Shown: piece by piece, positions 37,601 to 52,600 of the stretch | How the letters are laid out: every line of letters begins with the position of its first letter | Numbering within the stretch: position 1 is the first letter of the stretch | Source: Antedon mediterranea | Lineage: Eukaryota > Animalia > Echinodermata | Direction: 5' to 3' | NCBI RefSeq assembly: GCF_964355755.1 | Contig: NC_092675.1 | Span: forward strand, 7,187,812-7,251,811 | DNA: 64,000 nt | Notes under the pieces: model-generated | Told to the model about the DNA's origin: nothing | What the model saw: only the letters and a program-made list of their open reading frames with translations | Databases searched by the model: none | Translations under genes and position numbers: made by a program

Positions 37601-40600
37601 AGATAAACAAACAAAAGCAAAACAAGTTGGTATAGAACAATGGTAACGATAAGGTCTAATGAAAATTGTTGTGTTCCAGAAGTAGTCTTTTTCCCTCTAT
37701 TCAGCTGATTTGTATTAATTACATGCATCTTGTAGTCTTGCTAAAAATATCTAGAGTGAAAAGTGTCTCCTCCAAATAATGTTACTTACATGTACATGGC
37801 ATGCATTAATATATCCTGATTCTGGGTCATCTTCATATTCCTCCAGTACTACTCTTGAATGATCATCTTTAAGATGAATAAAGTAAAACAAATTAAAGGT
37901 TTGTGTAATTTGTGCAGCATACTGTACAGTTCAGTAGCATTCTAAACACCACAGTGCCATATCCACCATTCACACTTAGGATAAGGGGAAACAATCTCCT
38001 ATCTAAGTGAATACAATTTAAGAGAAATACTTAAATATTTACTGACATAAGTGAAATACTTAATATTTAAGGGAAATATCTCACTTAAGTGTGATTGGTG
38101 AATACGGCCACAAACTTTTGAGAATAAAAACGTATGGCCTAAGCACCTTTACTTCTGCTGCCTCCCGCGTATGGAATGACCTACCCGCCTCTATTAGATC
38201 ATGTTCTTCTATGCCTTCCACGCCTTTAAATCTGCCTTGAAAACTCATCTTTTTCTTTCCAATTGAGCTCTCTCTCATACACCGCGCCTTTGATCACTAA
38301 CTGTTGGAATTGGCGCATTACAAATTTGTATTATTATCATTATTATTATTATTATTGTTATTTGTGTGGGGGCAAGGATTTGAGATGTGCCTACAGTCTA
38401 TTACTTACAAGCAACAATATTTTTAAATCGATTCTTTGTGCGATTAGCTGATCGTGATGCTACTCCCCACGGATGAATCTGTCCCTTTGGAAGCTTCTGT
38501 TTATAGAGAAAATAAAAACAATGAGAACAATGGTACAAATTCCTAGTTTTATTAACACCTAGTTTTGTAAACAGTGACATTCAACATTTTCTAACCAGGG
38601 AAGAAAATCTTGCTGTGATATTAAATTGTCTTAAGGTCTGTCTACACTATCAAAATAGTTTGACAAAAAAATGTGATGTTCCCAAATATGGTAGTGATAT
38701 AACATCATCATCAATTTTGTTGTCACATAAACTTTGATAGTGTAGACAGAGCTTTAAAGCATCAGGAAGAAAGGGTAATACAAGTAGGCACTCAGACCTT
38801 TAAAATATTGACAAAAAGGCACTGGAAATTTAGTAAGAATTTCACTGACATGGAATAGTAAAGTAAACATACATTTTTTGTTTTAGTTTTTATGCTTTAG
38901 TTTTTCTGTTATCCCCTTTCAATGGACCTGCTGGTTGGTTAGTTGTTTTAGGGTTTTGGGAAAATGGTAAAAATAACAAATGGTGACAGAAATATAATTT
39001 GGAACTAAAGTCTAAATGTGATTTGTGTCTTCTTTTGTTTAATAGAGTAATACAGTAGAGCCTCTATAAAGACACTTTTGGGACCCAACGAGTGTTACCT
39101 CTTTGTATAGTGGTTGGTAATAGTGTTTGATATATTTCATATAAAGAAGTGTCCTCTTGATAGGGGTATCATATGAATTGAGGTGTATCAAAGCAAGAGT
39201 TCTACTTAAAAATAAAAACATTACCCCATATTCATGCTGAAGTCCATCCAGGGGATTCAATCGCTTCTTGCCAACAAAATCTGGGAGATCTTTTATGTGA
39301 ATTGGTCGTATGGTATCAACGTTCTGGTACATTTCTTCATCGTAGTTATCAGGTAACTGTGGAATAATTGATATGCGCCCAGCTTTCCTTTCCAATTCTG
39401 GTGTTGTTATCTCTTCTTTCAGTTTTTGATCGGGTTGATTTAAATATTCATCGGACTGGAACTTCTTAGCTTCTAAATAAATTGAATTATTTCACAAATC
39501 TGGTTTTATTAATGTTGTATATTTCTTTTGGCAGGGGTTTTCTTAGTATATAAGCTTGTATAATGAATAGTATGAAATGTAATCCTAATATAAATAATTT
39601 GATAGTCTGATTGTCAATGGGGGCTAGTTAAATTGCTAGTTTACAAAATACACACTGATGCTCTCTAAGTCTCTCTGTGAGATGGGGTTATCGATTCATC
39701 CTGATATTGAGTCAGAGAAAGGGACTTGATTCGAGAACCATGCTCAAGAAAGAACCACCATGACACTATTTTATGAATGAATACAGTATAATAGAATTTT
39801 TTTAATAATTACTATCCAAAACAATTTGAATTAAGAGTATTTACAAATACTAAACTAAACATACAAAAAGGCTTATGGTGTTTAATTAAATAAACTATTG
39901 TGGTAACGGATGATGACTAAAGTCTAACGAATTCGGGAAAGCAGTTGGATCAGAGAGACGAAGTTGCCCTGAGATGAGCAGGAGTGTATATCTAAACAGC
40001 TCAGATTGTTTTATAAGGCTAATTCTTTGAAAAATTTTACCAGAAAAACTGTTGTGATTTGGTTGAATATATGAATCATCTTTGTGCAAAGAGTTTTTAC
40101 GACGCCTGAAATAAAAAAATATCACAATTGAGCGTACATAAAATTAGTTGTCATTTTCTAAAACATTATACATTTATGAAGTTGGTTACTGTAACCAAAA
40201 CAGTATATTAGTACACAAAAAAACCCAGTTTTTATCTTATACTAATTACGCCAAAGTGCCAATTATACAAAAGTAAAGATTATAAGATATTCATAACACT
40301 CTCAGTAAATATAAACTATAATTCATTTAAAAATCTAAGTATCTTATTCCAAGTAATGAAATACATGACATCTATACACGCTACTATGTGCTTTATAACA
40401 TAACGTCTCAAAGGGCAATGAATCAGACGTAACCCATACAATGGTTCAATATTAATCATTTCCAAATCTCACCTAACAATGAATACTGCTAGAAGTGCAA
40501 TGATACTCAGAAGGATCAGAATACTGACTACAGCAATGATTACTTCTGTACTTGAGCCACCATCATCATCTGCAAAAAAAACAAATGTTAATTAACGTTA

Positions 40601-43600
40601 ATTAACTGAAGTTTGTTTGAGGGCTAACTCTATTGTTGTATTCGATTCTGAAACCTCTGTGCTCAACAGAAAATCTTTTTTATTTGATTAGCAAATGTTA
40701 ATTAACGTTAATTAACTGAAGTTTGTTTGAGGGCTAACTCAATTGTTGTATTCGATTCTGAAACCTCTGTGCTTAACAGAAAAGGTTTTTTCATGTGATT
40801 AGCAAATGTTAATTAACGGAAGTTTGTTTGTTGAGTGCTAACCTGTTCATTGAGTAATATAGATTAAAATTGTCCAAATTGAACATACAATCAAAATTAG
40901 AATCATTATACTTATATTCATCAGTTATGTTTTAAAATTCAGTAACAAATTAAAAATTGTTACTGAATTTTAAAACATTTCATAAGTAGGTTAGTTTTTG
41001 ATATAAAGAATCAAGCTTCACAGTCAAGTTTGCAAATGCATTACATTTTGAAGATGACACTTATTTAGGCTACTGAATAAAGAGCTGTAGACTAATTAAT
41101 TAGAGTTTACATCTTCATGAAATTGCATGCATAAGATGCTTAAAAGAATGCAAAACAATATAATATATTCTAAAATTGTGTTTTAAGTTTTTATGATAAA
41201 TGCTGGCAATAATCTTACAAATTTGGTATTTTGAGTTAAAAGCCAAGTTTGTGCGGTTTAATCTATACATAGCTATGTATTACTTTCTATGCATTTCAAT
41301 TTTTAATCTATTCATTTTATATAACTTTACTTTATGTACACACATTTCATTTCAATAAATAAATAGTAAATATATCTGATAAATTCTATAATTTGGCACA
41401 TTAAAACAAACCTTTTTTTTATGTATATATAAAGGCATACAGAAACTCAGTGATATACTGAAAGTGAATGAATTAATTATAAATGGTAAAGATGAGGAAA
41501 TCTGTGAGAATGACAAAAAAGCCACCCTAACCGAGATTCTAACCCAGAAGCTTCTGCTTGATATGCAAAAATCTGACTAGACCATTTAGTTCGAATCCGA
41601 TTTGAACCATATTTTTTATCACCTTGTTTATTATTCTATTATTTACGATTTTTACATATATTTTTTGTATTAGCAATTTTAATGTATTTTAATTATAATT
41701 TACATTTTCTAATTTGGTGAGCCACGTGGTTTCACTTTGGTTATTTGGATTTTGAACTCTTTTTTCCCCCTTTTTTTTCTGAAGAAATAAATGAAATGAA
41801 ACAACTCTTTACCATTGGTATGGTACAGCAAAGCAGCCAAAGAATTTTTATTTTCTGTACCTGAATTACTTTCACAAATCTTGTTTTATATGCTAATGAT
41901 TACAAGCTGATTGTATATATAAACAAAATTAATTCAAATAAATGATATAATGTACTATTGTGAAACTATCAAATTGCATGTTGAAAATAAACTGTCTAAT
42001 GCAAAATTAAATATGCCAAGTATATGGTAACACATTTGCTAAATTGTTATTACAAATTGATTTGGTTTGAGGGCAGTTAACTGCAGATTATTTGAAAGGT
42101 AACATTTTTTTTTTCAAAGGAGCATAGCTTTTTTGAAAACTCAAAATATATTCTAAAAATGTGTGAAAGTTTCTATGATATTAATTGGCAATAATGTTAC
42201 TAATTTGATGATATTTTTAATTAAAAGCCAAGATAATGCTGTTTATTGACTTTCTATGCATTTGACTTTTGAATCTATTATTAATTTTATGTACAGACAT
42301 ATAACCTTTGACTTTAATATTTGGTCATCTCTCTTTGACTTTCTGGCATTTCTTGCCTCCATGCAAAAGTGTGCAGTAACCTTGTTTATAAAATGAGATC
42401 ATTATCAATAAAATTAGGGAATTAATTATATTAACAAAAGTTCACAATACAATCATTTAGTATTGTGTAGCAAACAGTCAAGAGTAAAAGACAAAAAACC
42501 ACTCAAAATAATCACCTGTTGGAAATCCAAGATGTCTTCTAATCACAAAATAAATAAAAAAATTGGTATGTGAAATAATTGGCAAAATGTTGAAAATGGA
42601 GACGGTTCTTGATATACAATGTGTATAATAGGCAATTCCATGATACAGTGTTACATGTTTATGTCTATATCATAGTATTAAAATGTCACATGTGATACTA
42701 CCATATTTAACCTAACCTTAAAAATAATAACAGTACATTGTATAAAATTAACAACACACACATAATGGTGTATGACACAAAAAACTTGTAGATACTGCCT
42801 AGTAATGCCATTGACAGTCTGGTGGAGAATGACAGTGTAAGAAGCAGTGGTACAAACATTTTAGGAATACTGTTTCTAAGGGAAAACAATGGTACTTTTT
42901 ATTATGGAAAAGTTAGAAAAGCAATAAATACAATATCATATTGATTGATTGATTCATTCATTGATTGATATTCATATTACAAGGTGATAAATACACAATT
43001 AGTAAAAGGAAATTTACAGCTATGCTATTATAATTTAGCATAACTTTGCACAAACAATGGGTGTGATTGCTTTGAAATGTTTGTTTTAATAGTGATGCTA
43101 ACTAGTTTTAGTATCAAATTAGATTTAGTTATTTTCTGTGTTCATCTGGGAAAAAAAAACAATTAAGGTATCAAAACAATAAACAATACCACTATTGTAT
43201 GTATTCCTAACATCCTATTTCACTTGAATTCTTATCAAGGTAAGTGTCGGAAGTTTGAAAATGACTCTAAATCACTCAACATCACAAATATTGTATTATT
43301 ACCTGTACTTTGACTGCTTTCAGCTTGTATAGAAGCACTCCAGTTTCCAGGCCCAGCACCATTAACAACTCTAGCCTGTTTAAATAAAAGAAGAAATATA
43401 ACTAAACTAGTGTTAACTTAAATTAGTTTCTATTAGATTAGAGTCTACAATTTAAAACTAATTTGAAGTAATGTTTTGTTCCATTACATAGATACAGTAA
43501 GTCTGTTTGAGTAACTTTAGCTATTAAACAGATTACATAAGTAATAAACCCCACACTTCTTTTTCTTGAATATTTTCTGCAGAAACTATTTATGCATATA

Positions 43601-46600
43601 AGTGTAGATGTTTTCTCGATGGTACTGTACTTTGTGAAATCAATGAATGACTGATTACTACTGTATGCAGTTGTAGTATTCCCTGTGTTGTGCCAGACTT
43701 TTAAAGGTTTTCCCAGATTGCTTCCAAGCATTGGTTTCATGGTTTCATAATGGTTGTAGTGCACTCTCTAGATGGGATGTTAGGTTATTGATCCTTATTA
43801 TTAGGTTATCATGCATATAACCTCTTGATTCTATCAGAATCTTTATTTATTCTTTCCTTAGCACTATTCGTCCGTCAATTATCTTGGCATCAGTTTCATC
43901 TAGCTAAGTCAATTTTTCAGAGTATATTCCTTATGGACAGGAATCGATGTGGTTATGTTTTCACGGTGCGCAATCAAACATTACGCGGTCTACGCGCGAT
44001 TTAACCAAATTTGGTACTCATAAATTTCAGGTCATATTTCATCATATGGCAATACAATTACGTGCGTAGCGCATATAACGCATGCGTACGCTCGCTTAAA
44101 ATTTTCAAAATTGTCAAAATTTATTTTCGATGAAATTAGAGTACGTTTCAGGCAATTTTAAGCGTTTAAAAAATTGCCATGAGTGCGCAAATTTGTGCAC
44201 GTGCACTGCGCTTTAAACGTTAATGCGCACTATTTTTGTCCGATTTATGTTATACAACCTTTCTTTAATAATATCATCATATTTTATTCACTTTTCAACG
44301 CTAAATTGCGTTATACGAGCACATCAAAAGTGACAGGCTACACATGTGTAAGTTAACAAAATGGTGAAAATATGCTAAATTTTAGAATTAATATAGATCG
44401 TCAGAATGCTCGGGAATACCTATTTTTTATTTCATTTTCTTGAAGTGTATGTATCATATGTATGATTTATTATGAAATTAAGAGAACAAAAGTTGATAAA
44501 GTCATCATTAATTGCATATTAAATTTAAAAAAATTAATTTCGACAAACAAATTATGACATTTTCTTAGGCCAAAATAACAAACTTAACATTAACTTTCTT
44601 CCTTCAAAAGTTCAATATTAAAGTTAAAAGTATATAGTTTGACAGTGCATCATTTTTTTTACATTTTTAAAGATGTCATCATAGTAAAAAATTATAATTC
44701 ATTGCGGTATGTAATAATCTATTTGCACCAAAGTGGTTACTGCATAGTAAATACACGGAGGAATCTTTCTACCACTTTTAGTCAGTTGTGTATGGCTCGA
44801 TGGTCTGTGCTCGTGTCTATGGCACTCAAGGTACCGAGATCGAGTCTCACCTTGGGAAACGAAATAATTATCCGTATTGTTTGTTATTTATTTATTTATT
44901 ATATTCATTTTTGGTGTATAAATTATACACATAATTTATAATGAAATCTATATAAAATGTCTTCATTACTTATGTAACAATGTGGTTTATGACATTATAT
45001 GCAGAGGGATCTTTGATCGGATTGTGATACCGGCTATTGTATTTCCGTTAGCAAGATCCTATAATATATTAAAATAATTAAAGAATCTGAGAAAATCAAT
45101 CAATCAATCAATCAATATATGTTTTAAAAATTATCTTTATTTAAATCAATGCATATGCCTATAATTCGTCATAGTGACGAATTAAATCTAGTTGATTATA
45201 GCAGAAGGCATACAGGTATATTAATCATCATCAGCAGCATGATAGAACCAGTGTCCTGTATTAATAGTATACACCTTTTACACCAAAAGTAAAACTCTGA
45301 AGACACTCTGGAGTTGACACCCTGGTGTTTTGGTGTGAAAGGTAAAATCAAACAACTCCGCAGTTCAAAACACCAAGGTTGAACAACTAAATGTTCTCCG
45401 AAGGGCGAACTGTATCGACACATCAGGAGGGTCAGTGTGAACGGTACCAACATCAACTCTTGGGGTTTCAGGTCAAAAGGTCAGCCTCACACAATCAATC
45501 ATTGCATTAGTTTTATTTCAAAATACTTTAAATATTTGTAAAAAATATATAGCTGGTCTAAACAATAATAAATAGTATAAGCAAAATATAAAATTATTTT
45601 GAAAATAATTATTAATCTAAAAATAGGCAGAAAAAGGCCGTGCTCTTTTTCTGCCTTAATATATGGTTATACGTTGCATGGGCAAGAATAATAAAAGCGC
45701 ACTCAAAATAAGAACAAATTGTATCAAGAATAAAATTTGGAACTACTGTATTTACAGCGGCCATTGATTTTGTTATACACCATCCCTTCACTTTGAAATA
45801 TATTTAAGCTAAAGAATGAAAGCAATATACTGGATACGGAACTTTAGACTTTACTTTTGACTGTTCAGACTTTAAAATAGAAGACGCTAAAGAAAAATTG
45901 TGCTGTCTAAATTAGGCCTAGATGATGACTGCAAACACTAATTTATAACTAAAGTATAAAATGGGTGTTTTTTTGTGGTGTATTAATTATTTTTGATACT
46001 GGGAACCTACACTGACGTCAAATGGATGGCAGAGGACAGGGATGATTGGAGGGTCATGATTGCCAACCTTCGGTCATAATCAAATGAAAAACACATTGCT
46101 GCGGAAACACGAATTATTAATTTGTTTTCATGTTCAACGTGTGTATCAACCAACCATTTGGAATTGTTTTGTTTGTGTGTGTTTTTTTTTTCATTTACAT
46201 TTTTTTATTTGAATGGTTTTGATATTTTGCAAATTTCTTTTTGTGTGGGAGATTTGTTACCTATTTGCTACTTTTGTTATGTATTTAAATTTGTGCTATA
46301 GCACACAAATTTAATTACTTCATTTTCTGCCTTAATGGGATGATTAAGTATAATAAGGTGCAATACTGTGCTGTGTGCGCATCAGAAAGTGCATGAGAGG
46401 TGCAGTCAGTAATCAGTCTGTTATAGAATTAAGATGTGAACAGTATTGAAATAATAAAACAGACTTTAAAATCAATAGAAAAAGTGCACACACTACTGAA
46501 ATTAGATAATGCGCTCGGACACAAACTTTTATATCTGATATCTTGTGGAAACACGACTTTGGAATAATTTTATTTATGTGTGTGTTTTTTTGTTATTCTT

Positions 46601-49600
46601 TTTTTTTATTTTCATTTTTTTTTATTTCAATGGTTTTTTATAAATTGCTATTTTTTAGCGTGAGGTTTGGTATCTTTTTTGCTACTTTTCTAATTACATT
46701 GAGGTTTATACTTTTTTCTTTATGCATTGATACTTGAACATATCGCGGATTTGAACTCGCACCTACTAAGCATTAGTTTCAATGGCCACGGCTTTTTACT
46801 TACTTAGGGTTTACTTAGGTGATATACTGGACGCAGGACTAAAGTCCTCTATAATCCAGATCCAATTGGTCCAATCCTGGTATTTTGAATCCTTAACTTG
46901 TGATCGTATATTACTGGTTGATTCCGCCAGAATTTGTCAAGACTATTTTTAAAACTGTTTATTGAGGTTGCTGTCACAACATGTTCTGGTAGTGCATTCC
47001 AATTATCGGTTATACGGTTACTAAAGGAACATATCCTTTTATCCAAATGGGAAACTCTCTTAGCTAGCTTAAAAGAGCGCCGCCGTGTTCTATTAGATAC
47101 ATTTAGTTTTAGGAAATCAGATACTGATTTATCATAATAGCCATTTAGAATTTTGAAAGTTTCATTCATGTCATTACGACATCTTCTATAGACCAAAGTA
47201 GGCAGTTTTAAAGCTCTTAATCTTTCTGCATAATTAAGCCCCTTAAGATTAGGGATTAATCGTGTAGCTCTACGTTGAACCCTTTCTAGAAGATATATAT
47301 GTTTCTCTAAATTTGGACACCACACAGAAACACTATATTCCAAATGGGGTCTAACTATAGCTTTATACAAAAAAAGTAGAGCCAAACCGTGATTTACAAA
47401 ATACATTCTGTTCCGCGGAGGATAGATGTAATTTATTAAAACTTCAACGGCGCGATCAGTCGATACGGTTGACTACAGACTGTTTTTTTGGCTGCCCGGC
47501 ATGGTATTTGTAGATCCAGCCATGGCGGTACACAGCAGAGAAGGTTGCGTAGTTTATACAGTGATGTAACATGGTCGCTGAGACGTCAGATTACTGCTAT
47601 TTTTTGCCCTTTTTTAGTGTTTATCCTTAAAATTCAGGAAAGTGACATAGCCTATCGTTTGCGACCCCTCAATAAACAACAGTGTGTTAAATGTGAGCAT
47701 GTACCGTTCAGTGGTTTTGGAGGATATACGTAAAATACGCAAAAAATTTTGTAGCATTAATATATAGATTATTGATTAAAAATGTAGACAAACAAATATA
47801 GGGCGGTACAGTATTTACAATTTTATTTCAAAACACTGGTATTGCTAGATTGGTGTGAATGGCTCCAGAGTTCTCGACATTTTGAATGGTCACAAACCCT
47901 GTGGTGTCTCAGGAGATCACTGCAGAGTTTTGGTGTGAAAGGGGTATATGACATAATTGTGAATACTTACACTGACTTCATAATCTCCTGTTTCTACAAC
48001 TACTATCTTGTAGTCTTCAATATTGTCTTCATGTTCAAATGTTCGATTCAACCATTCATCACCAGACTTGTATCGCACATTATATTTAACTATTTTTCCA
48101 TAGAGATTGCGGCTAACTGAAGAAGACAGCTTTATAGAAACTTTGAGGTATGAACTTTCATGAGTTGCTTCGACTTCTGGAGCTGGAGGTTCTAAAAGGT
48201 GATACAAGTTCATGCAATACAAAATAAAATAAATTAAAAAAATATGGAACAGAATAATCTTACTATAAATAGTACAACAAATTTAGCCTCAGGCTGCTTG
48301 AAAATAAAAAAGGCCCTTTTAAATTAGTAATAGTAACTTTGACTTATATGTCACTTTAAATTATATAATACATGAGCATAGTGCCACCAGAACTCAAGAA
48401 GGGGAAAATAAATAAACAATGTCTTTGACATTAAAAATTTGCTGCGTAATTCACATTTTAAGAATTTGTAGTTAAAAAGTTTAGGGAGGAATACTGTATA
48501 TGATTATAAAAAAATAAGATTTTATATTCATCACATTAAACGCAACATTAGTATAGACATTTAAAAGAAAACTTACTTTCCTCAGGTGAATATTCAATTA
48601 TAATTCTTGGTTCACCAAGAGAGTCTATGTTTTTTGCTGTTACAGAGATTGTGTACTCTGTGTATGTTTCCAGATCCTCTAATGTATATGTTGTTTCTGC
48701 TGTTTCTGAAGATACAGATGATAACGACTCATCTGATGTTCTATAGGAAATCATATACACTTCAACACCAGTGGAACATTTTGCCTCATCATTCTAAGAA
48801 ATAAAATTGATAAAATCTGCAGATTTTTATAATAAAAGATATATACCACTCTTTCTAATTCATAGCATCTGATTGGTTAATATAAAAATAAAAAACAATT
48901 TTTTTTTTGCACATGTCTGCATTCTAGTCCTACGTCATTGCAATGTAGGTACATGTACGCAGCAATATACTGATATGTCCCCCTCCGCAGATGATTAGGT
49001 TTACCCTGGTCCGCTTTCTAACAACAATGGCTGAGTGAAAAAAATACCTGGTTTAAATTTGCAGATAAAACAGATACAATACAAAGAAATCACCCTACTG
49101 TACTACCTTATGAACATGTAATATGGTACAGTAACTGATTAAAAAAAATTATTTTATAGCAATGAATAAAGCAACAATATGATTGTATGTTTGATGGAAA
49201 CAGCAATGTCATGAAAGATAATTAATGCCACAACTTCAGACTAGGCTAGCGTACGTTGTTCGTACGTTACTGTTGTTTACCAGCTAAGGCCTACAAAACT
49301 AAAGGCCGTCCATGAGATGACATTCACTGCGACCTACTTAGGTAGTGCATTGTTTCTCTCTTTTTATCATAAATTACCATAAAATATACATCTAAGACAA
49401 GGAATAACATGGTTTAATGTTTTTAAAGTAGATATGCATTATTTTTTACAAAACGTAAAAAATTAATCTTTAAAAATATAAATATACCATTAGAGGTGTC
49501 CATGAAAGTTTAATCTTCTTTGGTTTTTCAGTGTTTATATTTGTATCAACTAGTGGTGAAGATGGTTCTGAAAGAGCAACAACAACCTACAGTAAGTATT

Positions 49601-52600
49601 AATAATTAATATAAAGTCTGTAATTTATAAAATTAAGTCATAAAATAAAATATAGTAGTGTCGCCAACTTGATAACAGTATGAACAAAAATAATTGTCTA
49701 AAGTAATCAAACTTGTAGCATTTTGCAATGATGATGAGATGATAATGGTTTCACTAATTACAGTATAAAATGGAAACAAAACGGAAAGTCAGACTAAAAA
49801 ATTCTATTCATTTCTTTATAGTATTAACTTCCAACAAAATAAATAAAGTGTTTTTCCTACTTTCAACCCTTTAACATTTTAGAAAAACTATTGGTGTACA
49901 GTTTCTTTTTATTTCTGCAAATTCTTTGTCTGAATATCATTAAGGGCAGCAGTTAAAAAGAAAATGAAATATTTCTCATTACAATAGTTTCATTTATTAA
50001 TGAAACATTGACTTAAAGAGGGAACATATTTGGAATGTAATTTAAATTTGATAGCTGCGTAATTATTTAGTAATTATTTTTCTTTCTTTATTCCTATTTT
50101 TTTAAACAAGATCACTTTTTGATAATGATTGAATAATAATATAATAGACCATTAAGATAAACATTCATAAGATTAACAGTTAACATTTCAGTTACCTCCA
50201 CAAAGTGTTACTGCATATGCACTTTGACTTCCCAGTGGACCTTTACCTCCTCCACCCTCCCTTACAGCTGCTACAGCAAAGGAATAATCCTGTTCATAAT
50301 CTAAACCAGTAACTGTCGCTGAAGTTTGACTGACTTGTGGTATTTCAATCCAAGTGGTGTCATAGTAAGACACAACATATCCAACAATAGGCCCATCACC
50401 AGAATCAACTTGTTCTGGATCCCACTCAGGCCATTTCAATTCCACTGATGAGCTTGTGACTGATGTCACACTTGGTGTTCCGGTATATTTCGGTAAACCT
50501 AGAAAAAAAAATTGTATGACAATCTTTCATTTGCCCCTTTTTTATAATCCTATAATCTGTATTACAAAATTGATTTGCTACGACCTATTGCCTTGGCTTG
50601 TGTTCTAAACTTGATGTTACTAATGTTGTTGCTGTAATGTTAATTTTTTTTAGTGTCATATGTATGTAATGCTCTTACTGTTTCTATGATTGTTAAGTTC
50701 AAGACTAATATACAAGAAAAAATCTTACAACTGCTACATAATACAAAGAAACAATAGATAAAAGTCAATCTCTACTACAAACAATGAATGTTCATGAGTT
50801 GAATGAGAAGAAAACTTTTATAAAGTTGATCAGTCTATTCTTAATTCATGATTGAATGTCATATCAAGAGTGAAGTATAGATTAGTTAACTGTGACAACA
50901 GTTTTCCAAAACTTTCATTTTTGTTTTATATCACAAATACTGTTAAAAAATATACCTTTATTCAATTAATGCTGGTTCTATATTTAATCAAAATATCAAA
51001 GGCTGTAATATGCTGTTTGAAAAGGAGGCGCTCAAATTTGAGTTATAGAGTAGAGCAGTTTATTAACGATGTACACAACTGGTTGAATTTTTATCACGCA
51101 TTATTAGGCTATGTGTTACAATTACATACAATTCTCAAATTGTTTTAAATAGCAACAATAGTGTTGAAAAGAATAATACCTGGCATGTGATATAAAACCA
51201 TCTAGTAAACTGATAAATTTAAATGTGTTATTAAAATTAATGAAATAAAAAATCCTTACTAAACAGATCAACTGTATGGGTACGAGATGTTATGAAAGGA
51301 TCCTTTGAAATACTAAATGTGTACACAGTTCCTGTATTTGCTACTGTCGAAAATGAGACCGTGGTGTTTGTTGTTGATTCTACACGTCCAGTTTCAGCAA
51401 CTGATTCAGAATCAGCTTGCAGAGCAATATTCACATCTGTGATATCCCCAAAAACAGTACATTGAAAAGTTGTTGTTTGTCCTGGATTTACTTTAACATT
51501 GCTTGTTGAAACGATTCCTAAGAAAATATAAGATGAGATATAATAGAGTTGAGGCATATTTAATTTAATAAGGAAGAAATATCTTACCTTCAAATAATTT
51601 CTTTGATATAATTTGAAACAAATAAATGAAATTAAATTGTAATTGAATAATATTAAAATTGATATGTGTCAATTTCCATAATATTTATTATGCTGCATAG
51701 CTGAATGAATGTTAAGTTTTCAAATATAAAATATCTTTTTAAAAATAATTCATTTAATGCACTTTATTTATTCACTCTGCTCAATTTTGATGATCTTGAG
51801 TTCAATGACATCTAATAACAAATTACAGTAAAGAAACTAAACATTTAAAACAGAAGATTGGGTTTGTGAAGTAAAAGTTTAAAAAAAAAAGCAATTACCT
51901 GTAGTACAAGAGTTTGGCAACCAGTCTGCATTGCATCCACCATCACATCCAGTTTCATGATGACAAGAATTTGAATCACAGTTGCAAGTCAATTCACACA
52001 TGTTGCCATATGTTCGTGATGCACATTCTATAAATTTATTGAAAAAAAAATGCTTATACAGTATTCTAAGTAATTCTTTCTCAGGTGGTCCGTAATTCAA
52101 AAAGTACTTTCAAAGATCTATGACTAAATGGTTTTACAAATATTTGTTCTGATATTATTCTTAATTGCAGAAAAAAATACTTTTATATTTTATTAGAATG
52201 TTTTACAATTATTTTCATAATGTTAATGGTCAGGTAGATTTGTACTAGTGATTTAATCAATTCCAAAAATAATAATATTGTTTTTGCAATAAATCTAAAT
52301 TAATTAAATTTTGTATGCAGTTGCCAGATATTGTAATCAGATAATGGTTAAGCTGCTCCTTAAGGTCAACTCACATAGCTTCATACAACAAGGCCTGAAA
52401 AGTCGTCTCGTCGGGAGAACATGTTTAATGTTCTCCCGACGACCTAAAAACTATGCTCGTCTCATCTGAATTTAACTCAGACAGCACTGACGAGTCATAA
52501 AGATTTGTTATGCCTCATTGTACAATGCTGTCTGGTCTTTAGGCTCTATTATACACCTGTCTTTGACATTAGTAGAGATCAAACTCTCTTATTGTATAGA

